From the NCBI GenBank assembly GCA_024679065.1, contig JAGIQG010000016.1:12338001-12402000 (forward strand): 64,000 nt of DNA, in the 5' to 3' direction. Positions 1 through 12,401 of the stretch are shown here, one piece after another (the first letter of the stretch is position 1; each line of letters begins with the position of its first letter). The notes under the pieces were generated by a model. That model did no database searches. It worked only from the letters and a program-made list of their open reading frames with translations, and had not been told where the DNA came from. The DNA is from Sphyrna mokarran (Eukaryota). Both the position numbers and the translations under genes were made by a program.

Positions 1-850
1 AGATTGAAACAAGCTGAGGCATTTAATGAAAGTTATTATTGTTTCTGTTCATATAAGCAAAATTAAAAGTTTGGAAAATAATTTGCAGCCATTGGTTCAG
101 AGTTAGTAGGGTGAAAAAATAGCATCTAATGTCACTTACAAAGTTAGATGTTCAGCTGTTGACAATTACTCTCCCAAATGTCTTCCTGAAAATTCTGTTG
201 CTTTGCAAAGGGAAGACTGTTCGAACCTCCCACCAGGGTATGACTGGTGTCATTCAACTTAGAAACAAAGAAGAGTTCGATGCTCCATCAATACTGATAA
301 TTTCAAATGTCGTTGTGCACAGCACACCGCTGTGAAACTGGGAAACTATTCGCAGCCCACATTGGAAAAGTGGGCCAAGTGGATTATCCGCCTCCACATT
401 CTGATGTGATTTTCTAAATCACGAAAACGTATCAATTACTTCGTTTGACGACCTATCACACTTCGACTGAAGACAATGCTTAGAGCATGACAATCGCCAT
501 TTAGTAACAGTTGAGCTGCAACAATAAAGGCACTTGTTCCAGAAACTACCATTCGCCGAGCCGGTTGTCTAAGCCCTTGTCATTGCACACGCATCCTAAG
601 TAAGTTCAAATAAACCGGTCTGGCGGCAGGGAGATAAGGGCTGGTGTGGGTGGGAGGTGGTGGGTTTGGGTGTGTTTTTTTTTTGGGGGGGGGTCAGATG
701 TGAGAAGTGGGTTAGGCGAGAGCACGTAATCGGTGCTGGCCTCAGAAGAATCATAGCCCTACTATATGTGAGTTAGTGGATATCGTGAGGCCTGGTTTGT
801 GTGGCGGGGTAAAGATGTCAGGTTAAATTACTACCGTTTTTTACTCGTTG

Positions 851-1325
851 AACAATTGCTTTTGTTTTGGGAGAAACAGGACTCATTGTTTTCAAAACAA
901 GTGTCACATCTTGTTCGGGTGATAGTGTGAGTGTTGTTTGCAGCTGTGCACGCACCAAAACAAAAAAAAACAAACAAAATCCTATGGAGATTTGGCAGGC
1001 AAATTGACTTCCACAAGCATGGCGATTGCAACCCAGCCAAACGAATTGGAGATGTATGTATGTATAGAAATGTCCGCAAAGCACGATTATAATACAAAGA
1101 TTTTAATATTGTAACTTGGTGGGATTCTGAGCCGAGGAATGACGATATTAGTCACCTGAAAACAAATGTTGAGGTTGAATAGAGAAATCATGAACGCTAG
1201 TTATAAAGATGCAATGAAACATGAGACTAACAAATGGTGATTTTGCGATATTAATGCCCATCTGTTTAGATATACAAATAACATATTATGCACTGCCAAT
1301 TTCAGGGAAAAAATGCATTATTCTG
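851..1325. repeat. Local direct duplication, copy 1 (copy 2 at ~2621-2677 plus ~2990-3395)
   Basis: Colinear shared blocks, e.g. gtgagtgttgtttgcagctgtgcacgcaccaaaa and cctgaaaacaaa.gttgaggttgaatagagaaa. Confidence 0.9.
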
Positions 1326-1336
1326 CTGCGCTTCCA

Positions 1337-1339
<3 letters not shown>

Positions 1340-1392
<53 letters not shown>
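1340..1392. repeat. (CA)n microsatellite
   Basis: Direct observation. Confidence 0.98.
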
Positions 1393-1395
<3 letters not shown>

Positions 1396-2006
1396 TTCGT
1401 TATGGTGACCGCCTCCAAAAATGTGACGGAAATGTATATGTTTTAAAATTGCACAATATTATTTGTGTCTTCCTAAGAAAGACCACGACATTTTTCTTTT
1501 CCAACCGGGAGGGCTAACGATTTTCAAGTTAGGAAATTATCAGAAAATACTATGCAATTGATATTGTAAAAAATCGCCGTACTTCAATTAAAATTCCATG
1601 CAGATTTTTTTCCCCCTTGCAGTAGGACAGCAATAAGAATTGATACAGAAAATCTCAAGGCTACGTAATTAAAATTAAATGGACATCGATTTCTCTTTTT
1701 TGTTTGCGTTAGCCTATAAAGGGAAGTTTAATCCGAACGGTGAGCTTTGTGGTATTTACAAATTATGGAAGTATACGGCTGTTTGTTTTTGTTATCAGCG
1801 TCGTCATAAATTTTCCAAATGCAATTTATTTGTTCATGTCAATTCAATTCCTCAATATGATATAGAATGATGTAAGAGGAATGAGGGATGAAAATCGGAG
1901 AGAAGCATTAGAAAACATATTTCCACTTCATTGTTTGACATTTTGTTTCTTTCATACTGGAATCACAATTTATTCCTGTGAACGCCCCGTCAATCTCAGT
2001 ACATAC

Positions 2007-2033
2007 CTTTGTCTTTTTCCTTCAACTTGTTTT
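2007..2033 (-). CDS. Coiled-coil gene microexon, 27 nt, type A: (E)NKLKEKDK
   Basis: gtttgttcatcacag|aaaacaagttgaaggaaaaagacaaag|gtatgt. Canonical AG/GT, phase 1-1, homologous to 48571-48597 and 41752-41778. Confidence 0.85.
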
Positions 2034-2471
2034 CTGTGATGAACAAACATGCTGATTTCACTTATGTGTTGGAAAATATTCCGACAAATGTGACATCATT
2101 CTAATCTGACTTTTACATTAGTATTAAGTGCATGCAGAATAACATGTTTAAGTTCTGTCCATAATTATAAAAGCAAACAACAAAATCGAGGTCTATTAAA
2201 AATAAAATGGACATTGGGAACCCTACAATTAAAAGTGAAAGGTAAGTTCTGTACAAAAACCGGACATCAACATTCTGTAAGCAAAGCGATTGATGAAATG
2301 TTATTACCAATACTGAATCCAAAACAAATCCAATCCAAAGTTGAAAAGAGAAAAAAAAAAGCGAAAACGTAAGCAGGTTAAGGTTCAATTGAGGTGTCTT
2401 GGGAGAAGAATGACATGAACGAAAAATACAGCCGAACTTCAAGAAGACATTAAGTTTGTTATGTTCATGTA

Positions 2472-2473
<2 letters not shown>

Positions 2474-2513
<40 letters not shown>
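2474..2513. repeat. (TG)n microsatellite
   Basis: Direct observation. Confidence 0.98.
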
Positions 2514-2516
<3 letters not shown>

Positions 2517-2696
2517 TGGAAGCACAGCAGAACAATGTATTTTTTTTGTCTCAAATTGGCAGTGCAATGGAGGGGGGGTGGTGACTAGGAATCCTGCGAG
2601 AATTGGAAATCACTCGGTGGACAATTGCTTTTGTTTTGGGAGAATCAGGACTCATTGTTTCCAAAACGAGTGTCACAAATCACACTATCACACTAT

Positions 2697-2936
2697 ATCG
2701 TGCGCACCGGGCTGGGACAATAAGGACCATTGTCTACCATCATTGTCGTAATTTACCCCTTATTTATCCATTCGATATACCATATCCTTCCTTCGATAAT
2801 GCTCTCGTTTTCCGACAGATTCCACAGTCTGGTATGTTGAGTTGCTAGTCATGCCCTGATATCAATGATGTTTATTAATGGTAACAATATCACGCTTCTA
2901 TATGCCAATCCACAACTTTAACTTAGTAGAGTTATC
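2697..2936 (-). repeat. 240-bp inverted copy of 4017-4256
   Basis: Reverse complement matches 4017-4256 with only a few mismatches. Confidence 0.95.
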
Positions 2937-3729
2937 ATTGTTTCCAAAACGAGTGTCACAAATCACACTATCACACTATATCGTGCACTATCGGGTGATA
3001 ATGTGAGTGTTGTTTGCAGCTGTGCACGCACCAAAAAGAAACCAAAGAATCCTGTCGATATTTGGCAGGTAAACAGAATTTTATAAGCATGGCGATTTTT
3101 TCCTGGCCAAACGAGTTGTGAATTTATATATGGATAGAAATATCTACAAAGCAGAATTATAATATAAATGTTTTAATATTGTGGCTTGATGGAATTCTAA
3201 GACGAGGAATGTCGAAAATAGTAACCTGAAAACAAACGTTGAGGTTGAATAGAGAAACCGTGAACGCTAAGTATAAAAATGCAAGGAAACGTGAGGCTAA
3301 TAAATGCTGATTTTGCGACATTAATGCCCAAAAATTCAGATATGCAAATAACATATTAGGTACTGCAAATATGAAGCAAAAGAGACATTTTTGTCTCTAC
3401 AATTATGAATAAGTCATGAATAAAGACAGACGATTACTGAATCACTGTCGAAGAATAAAGTTTTAATAAGACCAAGGAAATTGCGATGTAAAATAGCAAC
3501 ACCAACTTGAATTACATAAAGTGGAATGATAAAACTAATTGTAGTCAGGTGTTTAGAATTTCTGTCATTGTTGAAATTATGGGACAGGTCAAATATTTTG
3601 GAAAGCAATATGCGTATTTATGAAAAGAATAAGACTTTCCACACCTAAGCCTTTTCACGTGTTGGCTGAATACATCTAGACAATACCAACTCCAAAATCT
3701 GAACTGTAATGCTGTTAAGGGAGCCATGA

Positions 3730-4300
3730 TTCGAAGGTTAGCTGATGGGCTTCACATTTCTGGGGAAAGTGGGGTATGTACAATCGGGAAAAGCTGGTCC
3801 TGAATCAATTTGGGAACAATAGTGTTGCAAAATGATTTGGTGGGTAGTTGGGTGTAGTGCCAACAAGTTGAGCAGGTGATGGAGAACTAGAATGTTCAAA
3901 AGAACGAGATACGTAATACCACAGTAAAGGAAGAAACTCAGAGTCAGTTCAGAAGTTTTGAGTATCAAGAGGGTAAGGCAAGCGTGGGAGTCCTTTACTT
4001 TAATCATAGTCTAACAGATAACTCTACTAAGTTAAAGTTGTGGATTGGCATATCGAAGCGTGATATTGTTACCATTAATAAGCATCATTGATATCAGGGC
4101 ATGACTAGCAACTCAACATACCAGACTGTGGAATCTGTCGGAAAACGAGAGCATTATCGAAGGAAGGATATGGTATATCGAATGGATAAATAAGGGGTAA
4201 ATTATGACAATGATGGTAGATAATGGTCCTTATTGTCCCAGCCCGGTGCGCACGATTAGGAGTACAACACGCCGTGGGACGTCACCGGCAGTTGTTCCGT
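3730..4300 (+). mobile_element. Decayed CR1 LINE, ORF1 end and ORF2 endonuclease start
   Basis: Relics GF.F.GKWG.YN..KL.LN (ORF1 end) and VLYFN.SL...LWIG...DIVTI (endonuclease N-terminus); many stops. Confidence 0.7.
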
Positions 4301-4449
4301 GAGATTCACGTTGGTTTTCCGGGCCTGCAAACATCCCCCAGGATCAAATTTTCAGCAGAATATCATAGGCGCTGAAGATCGATGTGACGACAATGTTAAC
4401 ATATTAATAAAACTTACACAAGAAAACATAGAGTACCAACGTCACTGTT

Positions 4450-7400
4450 GCCAGTTCCTCCCCTCTGATGGGAATCTCTCCATCTCTGGTGTTACGTCAC
4501 GATGACTCCATTTATTCCTGCCCAATAAAAGTCGGAAACTGGCGTGACTGCACTGAATAGGAATGAGAATGTAAATGGCACAGAGCTACAGCACGCAAAG
4601 TGAGGGGCGGGGAGAGCACCTGTGGGGGAAGTAGGATGGAGAAAGGGCTTTCAAAGGTTCTGGATAAATTGGGAAATTTGATTGACTGCTGAAAGTGCAG
4701 TGCCCAGGCACACACATGTTCCATTTTTCTGCCAGCGGGGTGGGTTGACGTTTGTTTTTGACTCTCCATTCGTGGTACTACTGATTCCAGCCACCGGTAT
4801 GATTCATAATCTTGCAGTGGGGTAGGTCGAGTGTCCTTACAGAGTACCAGTGGGATTGTTGTTTCCAGACACATCGTTGATCCATTTTTCAGGCTGTAGA
4901 GTGAGCTGAGGCTCATTTCTTTGTGCTGGTGGTTTTCGTGGATGTTAGGGAGACATGTGTTGATTGAGGGCTCATCAAGTCAGGAAGTTTTTTTTAAAAT
5001 TTCTTTTGAGGAGAGGAGCTCATGTTATATCAGAGAAACAAAATGAAAAACAAAACAAACTTGATGCGATCTGGAGACTGCCCTGCCAGTAAGCCGGACT
5101 TTGAACACATCCCTGCAAGAAAATTGATTAGTTACACCAGTGACAATGGCTGAAGTATGCAAAAATGTAAAGCTTGCAAAATAAACGCATATCCTCCCAC
5201 TTCCACCAGCAGCCACAACAACGATGGCAAGCAACCTTTTCAGATGATCTATGACGCACGAAATTGTATATGTTCACAGCATCCACAATTCGGGACATTT
5301 GTCTCAATGTGGGGCAGGGAGTTCGGGAAACAAACAAAAAAAAGAAAGCATGTATCTCTCACTCTTTGTCTCTCTGTATTACCCACTGGGCAGATAGCTT
5401 TCGAACTTATACTCATGAAGATGGTCATCATTGTAGCAACTGTTGAAGACGGGGAGGCTTGTCATATAGCCATTGGAATGTAAAACAGTGTCAGAAAAAA
5501 AGACAGGAAGATCTGAAGCAGCGGGTGAGACCCACGATGTGCTGCAGGAATCTAATCTTGGGAAAGGTCGCAGATAGAGACAGTACAGAACAAGATGATA
5601 CCTGAAGTGCGTGCTGACACTATGTGCTTGCATCGGTTCCTTCTTGCCGGGAGACAGAGTGGCACCTGTGTCGTGTATTCACAGAACTGGCACATCCAGG
5701 CAAGTAGCGCAAACAGTAAACATGAGGGTTGACGACCCTGAACTGCTATGCCACTGAAGCGTTTTGGTGGAGAGAACTCTACACACAGCTGTTTCAAAAA
5801 TGTTACCGATTGTTTGCAGAATCAGCTTAGGTGCATGTACTTTGATGTTGGTCAAGTCGAAAAAGGGAGTCTGGAGCTGCACGTTTCGCCACTCGAGCAC
5901 GCATGTCCCTTGTGCATGTATTTGCAGGGTGGTGGGCGCATAGCCACCTGTGGTCCAGTCAATTTGAGCGAAAACCATTCGCAAACAGGATGGGTTATTT
6001 TTTCTTGCTCATCGGCTCTTAGTTTTATGACTGCAGACGACTATTCAGGCATTTGTGAGCATGACATCCAGGGAATATTCATATTAGTCCCCAGGTTCTG
6101 TGGAGTTCGGCCATTCCTGCGCTGTTTGACTTTCAGCCAGGCTGCAGGAAACGCTCATGAAGAACAGAGATAATCCATAAGATCATGGCTGTTGGCACCA
6201 TTGCATTCTTCTGAGACCAATGCGGACAATCACTGTGATTAGACTCATGTTTCCACGGTCCGTTGTGAAGTGGTGCAATGTCAAGCTTAAGAAGTGGATT
6301 TCTTTGGGGATTCCCTCCAACAGGTTGATGAACCTGGTTCCGCTGTGCTTGTGAGTCTTTGATTAAGGCTGCAGGTTGATAGAGACTCATTCTAAGGTTC
6401 TGGGATCCTGCCCTTCTGGCACCTGATGTCTGATTAAACACTAGTATCTTGGCTAATTTGGAATAAGGTTTGTGATCAGAAATCTTTGGATAACTGAGTC
6501 GGTATGCGAAAGTTGGGGGAACATGTTATGCTGCGCTATATCACACTTGGTCTGATGGATTCTTGACGAAAGCAGAACAGATACATTTTAACTTTTGATT
6601 GAGGGATAAATGTTGCGCAACATGACGGTCTGCAGCTTGAAGTCTGGAACTGGTACACTCTGCACTGAGAGAATAAGAGGCAAATTCTCACAGTTGTGTG
6701 GTGCAGAGATAACTTGTAATAATTATTTAAACGTTTAGAAATGCCTTCACCCCATAAAGATGAGATGTCCTCTTATTGACTCTCCAACTGTCTTAACTTC
6801 CATGCAGCCTCCAGAATGTACAAAAGAGATATCATCCGTGCCCTGTGGTCTGTGATGCCCTGGGATGATGTCCCCAGTTCGAATGGGAACTGGGCGGCTA
6901 CAACCGACTTGTGGGTGGTACTAATGTTGCCATGGCTTGATGTTTATCTGATAGGAATAACGGGGATTTAGAAGATCTCAGGACGTATGGAGTCTCTTAG
7001 TTGCATGGGCCTTCGACATGGGCTTCAGCCCCTACATTGGGACGTTCTGTGGGACGCCAGAGCAGCTGGACTAAGTTCCATCTCCCTTGGAGTCAACTCA
7101 ATTTGCTAGCCTTGAAGTCAATGATCCTGCTTCCCCATTGTTCGTGTTCCCTCAGCGCTAGACCTCTGAGACTTTGTGAAGATTTGGACCCCCATCGCTG
7201 CAGTATTCCCTGCATTACTAAATCTAAAAATCAATATCAGATAGGTCCTTGAACCCAAACAACATTGTGACCTAAAACTGAGACATACAGCGTCTCCTAA
7301 ATCCCTGCTAGAGGCCCTGTCATGGGGAATCCTTCTGCTATCCATCACCATGAAAATAAGTGGCTTCAGATTTGCAGAAACAGTCACAGCCGGAGAGTAT

Positions 7401-8895
7401 AGTGCTCTGCGATGGCCCACTATGTCTCAAGGAGGCTTTGCATCTGCCGCACATGAGGAGGAAGCGCTAGCCCGACTTCCCACTGTGAATGCTATCTTAA
7501 TGTGTTAACCTTGGATTCACGTCATGAGAGCATCACCTCCTGCGACAACACTGCATTTTCATTTCAAAACAAACTTGTAGGCGCAGCACGATTGCTAATA
7601 GCCCATTCACAATTAGCCGGGTCGACGAACTCAGCTCCACCAACTTTGTGATGTCCAATCCCAGAGGACATATCTTGGGAAGGGTTGAATGCTCTCATCC
7701 AGCAGCGTGTCCGAGCCATTGGGCGTTACCACCTGAATCAGATGTGCATCAATGGCTGTGATTGTTCACTTTAAAACGAACGAGAAGCCTCACCACTCTA
7801 ATTCTCCATCTCATGATCATTCATGTGTTGGTGGTTGTATCACAGATGCCTGTGGTAGTTCACTGGTGCATTCTTCACAGGATTCCTCAAGGCTTCCCAG
7901 CGAGGAATCATCAAAACGTTATAGAGACTGTCAGCAAAAAGAGAGCTGCTATGCCGACACTGATATGGCATTGCATATCAGGATCCATAAGAAGAAAAGT
8001 CACACTGCGATATCTAATTGCCTTATGGAGCGAATCCAGCTGAAGTCAGCCTGTATCACTTATGGACCAATTAGATACATTTTCTGATGAATGATTCACA
8101 GGCTCGCCGGTTTCGATAGAGGTGAAGCATCTACAAAGCTGTTGATTGACTTATTTAAACAAGTCACTGTTTCTGAGGAGACGTGCAATCATAAAACATC
8201 TCATCAACAAAGATCTTTGCAGTAGTGATTGGGTTAATGAACTTTGTAATAATTGGAAAATGAAACAAAAAAAAGTGCAATTTGCATGCAGCTTGTTTTC
8301 AATTAAGTCAGATAGATGCAACATTTGTTTTTTTATGTGCCCAGACTGAGAGGCTGCAGCTGCCCTTGCTGTTGTAAACAAGTTTATGATAGTCGGTTCA
8401 GAAATTTGGCTGGCCCAGCTCGTTTCTATGTTTGTGTCTTTAATTTGGGGGATTTTTGCAAACACAGTGAAGCTTGCATGCCCTAAATGTTATCCGTTAT
8501 GTACTGCTTATGTGCCGTGTAACAGCATGTTATACACATTATATGCTATACAACGTATGCACGGATGGTTAAACCGGCCCGTTAACTTGTCTCCTCGTCT
8601 TGTGTATTAGCTAAGGGCTAATCAAACACAATTGCGGCCTTGAGATAACCACGAAGAATCAGCGAGGCAGCCATGTTCCCACGATGGAGGACAATGCACA
8701 TCGTCTGAGAGGGAAACTGAGAGGCTGAGAAGATGCAACCATAACTGTGGGGGGGGTAATAAATGTATGGTCTTAAGTTGTGTTCGGGGAGACGGCTGGG
8801 GAATCGCTGCTAGGTCCCAGGTGTATGTCCCAAATTTTTTTGAATAAACTTGTTGTACTTTGACTCAATTGGTCTCAGAAGTATATTTTTCCACA
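4450..8895 (+). mobile_element. Highly decayed endogenous retrovirus (class I-like) with integrase, env and 3' LTR relics
   Basis: Frameshifted relics in retroviral order: ELAHPG...FWW (integrase Zn finger, ~5680-5780); RE.I.RF-G-IP-like (~6380); GP...GRQSSW GPY/F-like (~7000-7080); env-TM-like CC-TY and DWVNEL..NWK (~8130-8260). Confidence 0.55.
8488..8895 (+). mobile_element. Putative 3' LTR of the ERV
   Basis: TGT start and CCACA end; TATA-like taataaa at ~8757; aataaa at ~8843. No partner LTR seen. Confidence 0.5.
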
Positions 8896-8943
8896 ACTGA
8901 CTGCGCACGGGTTGTTCTGAATTGGAGATTGGAAAGTAAAATA

Positions 8944-9237
8944 GGGTGGCATTGTGTCACAGTAGTTTGTATTGATGCCACACAGCATCATGGGTCCAGA
9001 TTCAATTCCCGACTTGGGTCACTGTCTGTATACACATTCTCTCTTTATCTCCCTGAGATTCCTCTCGGTGCTACGGTTTCCTCCCAGAGTCAAAACGTGT
9101 GCTAGTTAGGCGCAATGACCATGTTAAAATCTCCTTCCAAGAAAACAAGAACCCACCTTAGTTGATGACTAGGGGATTTGCACAGTTAGTTCATTGCAGT
9201 GTGATTGTAAGCCTACGTGTGACTGATAAATGAGTTT
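8944..9237 (+). mobile_element. tRNA-derived V-SINE (HE1-like) with L2-type 3' tail
   Basis: Degenerate A/B boxes (gggtggc...ttcaattcccgacttgggtcactgtctgt), V-domain ggtttcctccca, tail ttcattgcagtgtg.ttgtaagcctac. Confidence 0.75.
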
Positions 9238-9583
9238 TAGAACATAGAACATTACAGCGCAGAACAGGCCCTTCGCCTTCGATGTTGCGCCGACCAATTA
9301 GGAAAAAGCAAAGACCCTCTAACCTAAACCATTCTCTTTTCGTCCATAAACTTATCTACTAACCTCTTAAACGCCACCAAACTTGGCGCGTCTACAACTG
9401 CAGCAGGCAGGGCATTCCATACCCTTACCACCCTCTGGGTAAAGAACCTACCTCTGACATCCGTCCTATAACTACCACCCATTAATTTAAAGCTATGTCC
9501 CCTCGTGCTAGCTTTCTCCATCCTAGGAAAAAGGCTATCACTCTCCACCCTATCTAAACCTCTAATCATCTTATATGTTTCAA
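9238..9583 (-). mobile_element. Young 5'-truncated CR1 LINE 3' end
   Basis: ORF 9324-9569 is 74/81 aa identical to the end of ORF 16312-17052; ctatgttct tail. Confidence 0.95.
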
Positions 9584-9614
9584 TATGTTTCTTTTAGTTT
9601 ACCTGTAATGTTCA

Positions 9615-9830
9615 AAAACCTTTAATGTGGCGGGAGTGGAGGTTGGCAGAGGCCAGCTGTGCGGCTAACAATGTACAGGGAGAGATAGACGCATGGCCAG
9701 CTAAGTTCATGTGACAGTTGTTTCAGAGGGACTAAGTGCATGTGATGTGCATGCATAGTTTCGGGGAGAGGATGGAGTCCTTAAACGATATCACGAATGT
9801 ACCACCGACTGGCCTTTTGAGAAGACAACT

Positions 9831-9861
<31 letters not shown>

Positions 9862-10270
9862 GGCACGCGCACGCGCGCGTGAGCGTATGTGTTGGTGATG
9901 GGTGGAGGGTAGAGGGAAGAAAGAGTGAAAGGCTAGCGGTTTTCCCGGAAGTGGGACGAGTGAGGTGCCGGTGTGTGAGAGAGAGGCCAGTGATATCCAT
10001 GGCGGCGGTGGTAGTGGCGGTGGTGGGGGAGGGGGATGGTTGGGTGGTGGGGCGGGGGGGGGGGAGTAGGTGTGGCGTGGAATTGTGAAGCCCACGATGT
10101 CAGTGATGTGTTTATCTTAGGGGGCAACCATGGAGCTAGAAATGTACTTGGGACAGCCTGCAGGTTTGTGAGAGGTAATGTAATTAATTGTAGGGGAATG
10201 TGTGCACCGAAATCCCAGATTACACAAGGGCGCACTCTACCCGCTGATTAAGTCCACCTTGCGGAAATAG
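9615..10270 (-). mobile_element. Probable Harbinger transposase 5' relic
   Basis: SQKASRWYIRDIV resembles the HARBI1-family SQxxxxRCIRxV motif; GC-rich. Confidence 0.35.
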
Positions 10271-10769
10271 CCGGTATTCATGACTAGTCTGAGTAATTCG
10301 CTCTATGGCACTCTGCCGTTCTCACATTTCTGAGATTTGTTCAGATGATTATGATATTAAAAAAATAATCTTGAGGAAACGTCCATGTTTTTGCACACGT
10401 TGCAAACATAGATTAAAATAAATAAATAAATCCCACCTGATATATGTGATGACTGGTCACAAAGAGGTTTTGCCGGTCAAATTACGCATGCAAGGGCGAA
10501 TAGCAGGTTGGGTCGGAGGTGGTGGTGGGGGCAACTTTCATATGTGCACTATAATATTAAAGGCCTCCATTGAGTCGTCTAGACGGGTCGTATTGCAGTA
10601 AAAATCAGCTGGGAATTTCAATTCCAGGAACACAATTTGGGATGCTCACAGTTGCAAAGTAAGGGCGGAGATTTCTTGAAATATATCCATTTGTATTTTT
10701 AATCAATATGTAGACGGTTCTTGTGGGGGTGGGGTTTATCTTTTTTTCTGGGGAGGAATACCAGACAGT

Positions 10770-11095
10770 TGCTCGAATCACAGCACTGCAGAAGGAGACC
10801 ATTTGGACGGTAGAGCCTGCATGGCACTAATTTCACTTAGGTTCTATTACACAGCAAGAAAACAATTTTACAGCTAGTCTCCCTGTTATCACGGGGAAAA
10901 CTAGCGTTTCAAAATACCATAACATACACTTCCTTGCAGTGTGAGAGTAAAATGATCATAGCGTCTGAATGAACTCCATACAAACACACGTAGGGCAGAT
11001 AAGCTCTATGCCGACAGTAACCCGAGGTCATCAGTGAACACGGTTTCCTGGAACTGTGAGGCAACACATCTAGTGGCAGCGCCAACGTGCGAGCC
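10770..11095 (-). mobile_element. Decayed SINE (V-SINE-like)
   Basis: Reverse-strand tRNA-like head (gacagtaacccgagg...ctggaactgtgaggca) and a CR1-like tail. Confidence 0.5.
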
Positions 11096-11199
11096 ATTGA
11101 TCACTGTGGCAGTGGAAAACTGTTTTGGGATTGAGACTACTTCTTGAAAAAAAATGTGATGCTACAGCTGGAGCATTGTTACAGTTATGATCGCCACAC

Positions 11200-12362
11200 T
11201 ATCAGAAGCAAACCCATTGTGCTGAAGTTGGTGCAGAAGACATTTACCAAGGCGCAACTTGTGATGAATTATTTCTAGTATAAAGAGTTTACGTAAGCTT
11301 GGGTTGTTGGCATTGGAGCAAATAAGATTGAGAACGAGCGGATTGAGGTTTACAATATTTTGGAAACATGTAAGTAGTATAAACAACAGCTGTTACCCTC
11401 AGTTGAAGGATCAGTCACAATGGGGCTCATTTCATGATTAGGGACAGGAGGTTAAGCGGGGATCTGAGGGAAAAAAAAGAACAAACAGTCGTAATTGTCT
11501 TGACTGTGCTGCCGTCGAGAATGGTGGAAGAGGGATGTATCAAATACGTAAAAAAATCTAGATGAACACTTGGTATTCCATGACATCGAATACTGTGTGC
11601 CAGATGATGGTAGGTGGGAGTAGATGGGAGTCAACGTTTCTCTCATGCTTTGATGCAAACTCGATGGCCGAATGGCCTCTATACCTTTTTGCTTCGATGA
11701 GTCTCTGATTCTATGAGTAATTTTAGTACATATCTCATATGGACAATGGCAAACGTGGACTGCAGATGAAAGCATTTGATTGGCATCTTAAGTAAACAGA
11801 CATGGACTGTCGAAATTGAAGGGGAAGAGGCATCTCATTGTATGCAGTTCCGTATGGGAGCAGTTGCGGACAATAATAAAGCAGGACAGATTGCAGGTCA
11901 AATCGATATTTCATTTTGGGGAGGGGGCGTGGGGTTTCAATGTAGAAGCAATACGTTAAGGGAAACTGGACCATGGATATCTGGTGCACTTCCCGACTGT
12001 GCGAAGAAAAAAAGAACGTCCTTTGCATATCCACATGGAAAAATTCAGCAGCACCGAGAAAGGAGTATACAAATTGTGTGTGGGAACTTAAGAAATTAAT
12101 GAGATGAACAAAAAAGGGAATGAAAAAAGTTATGTGAAACAGCGTAGAATCTAAGACATAATTCTTAAATAAATTACTGGGAAGATATTTATCAGAGGTA
12201 TACGTCAGCCTATTAGAGAGGAAGTGAACAATGCATGTATGAAGCAACGTGCGTTGAAAAAGATTTCAAATGAAGACTTATCTTTGGTCTTCACTTGTGT
12301 AAAGAAAATATAGGTACAATATGAAGAAACTGGGACTATGAAGAGCTATGACGAAGAATATG

Positions 12363-12401
<39 letters not shown>

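Noticed and set aside
140-185. Minus-strand candidate exon ending in gtaagt at 139
   Set aside because: 46 nt with stops in all frames.
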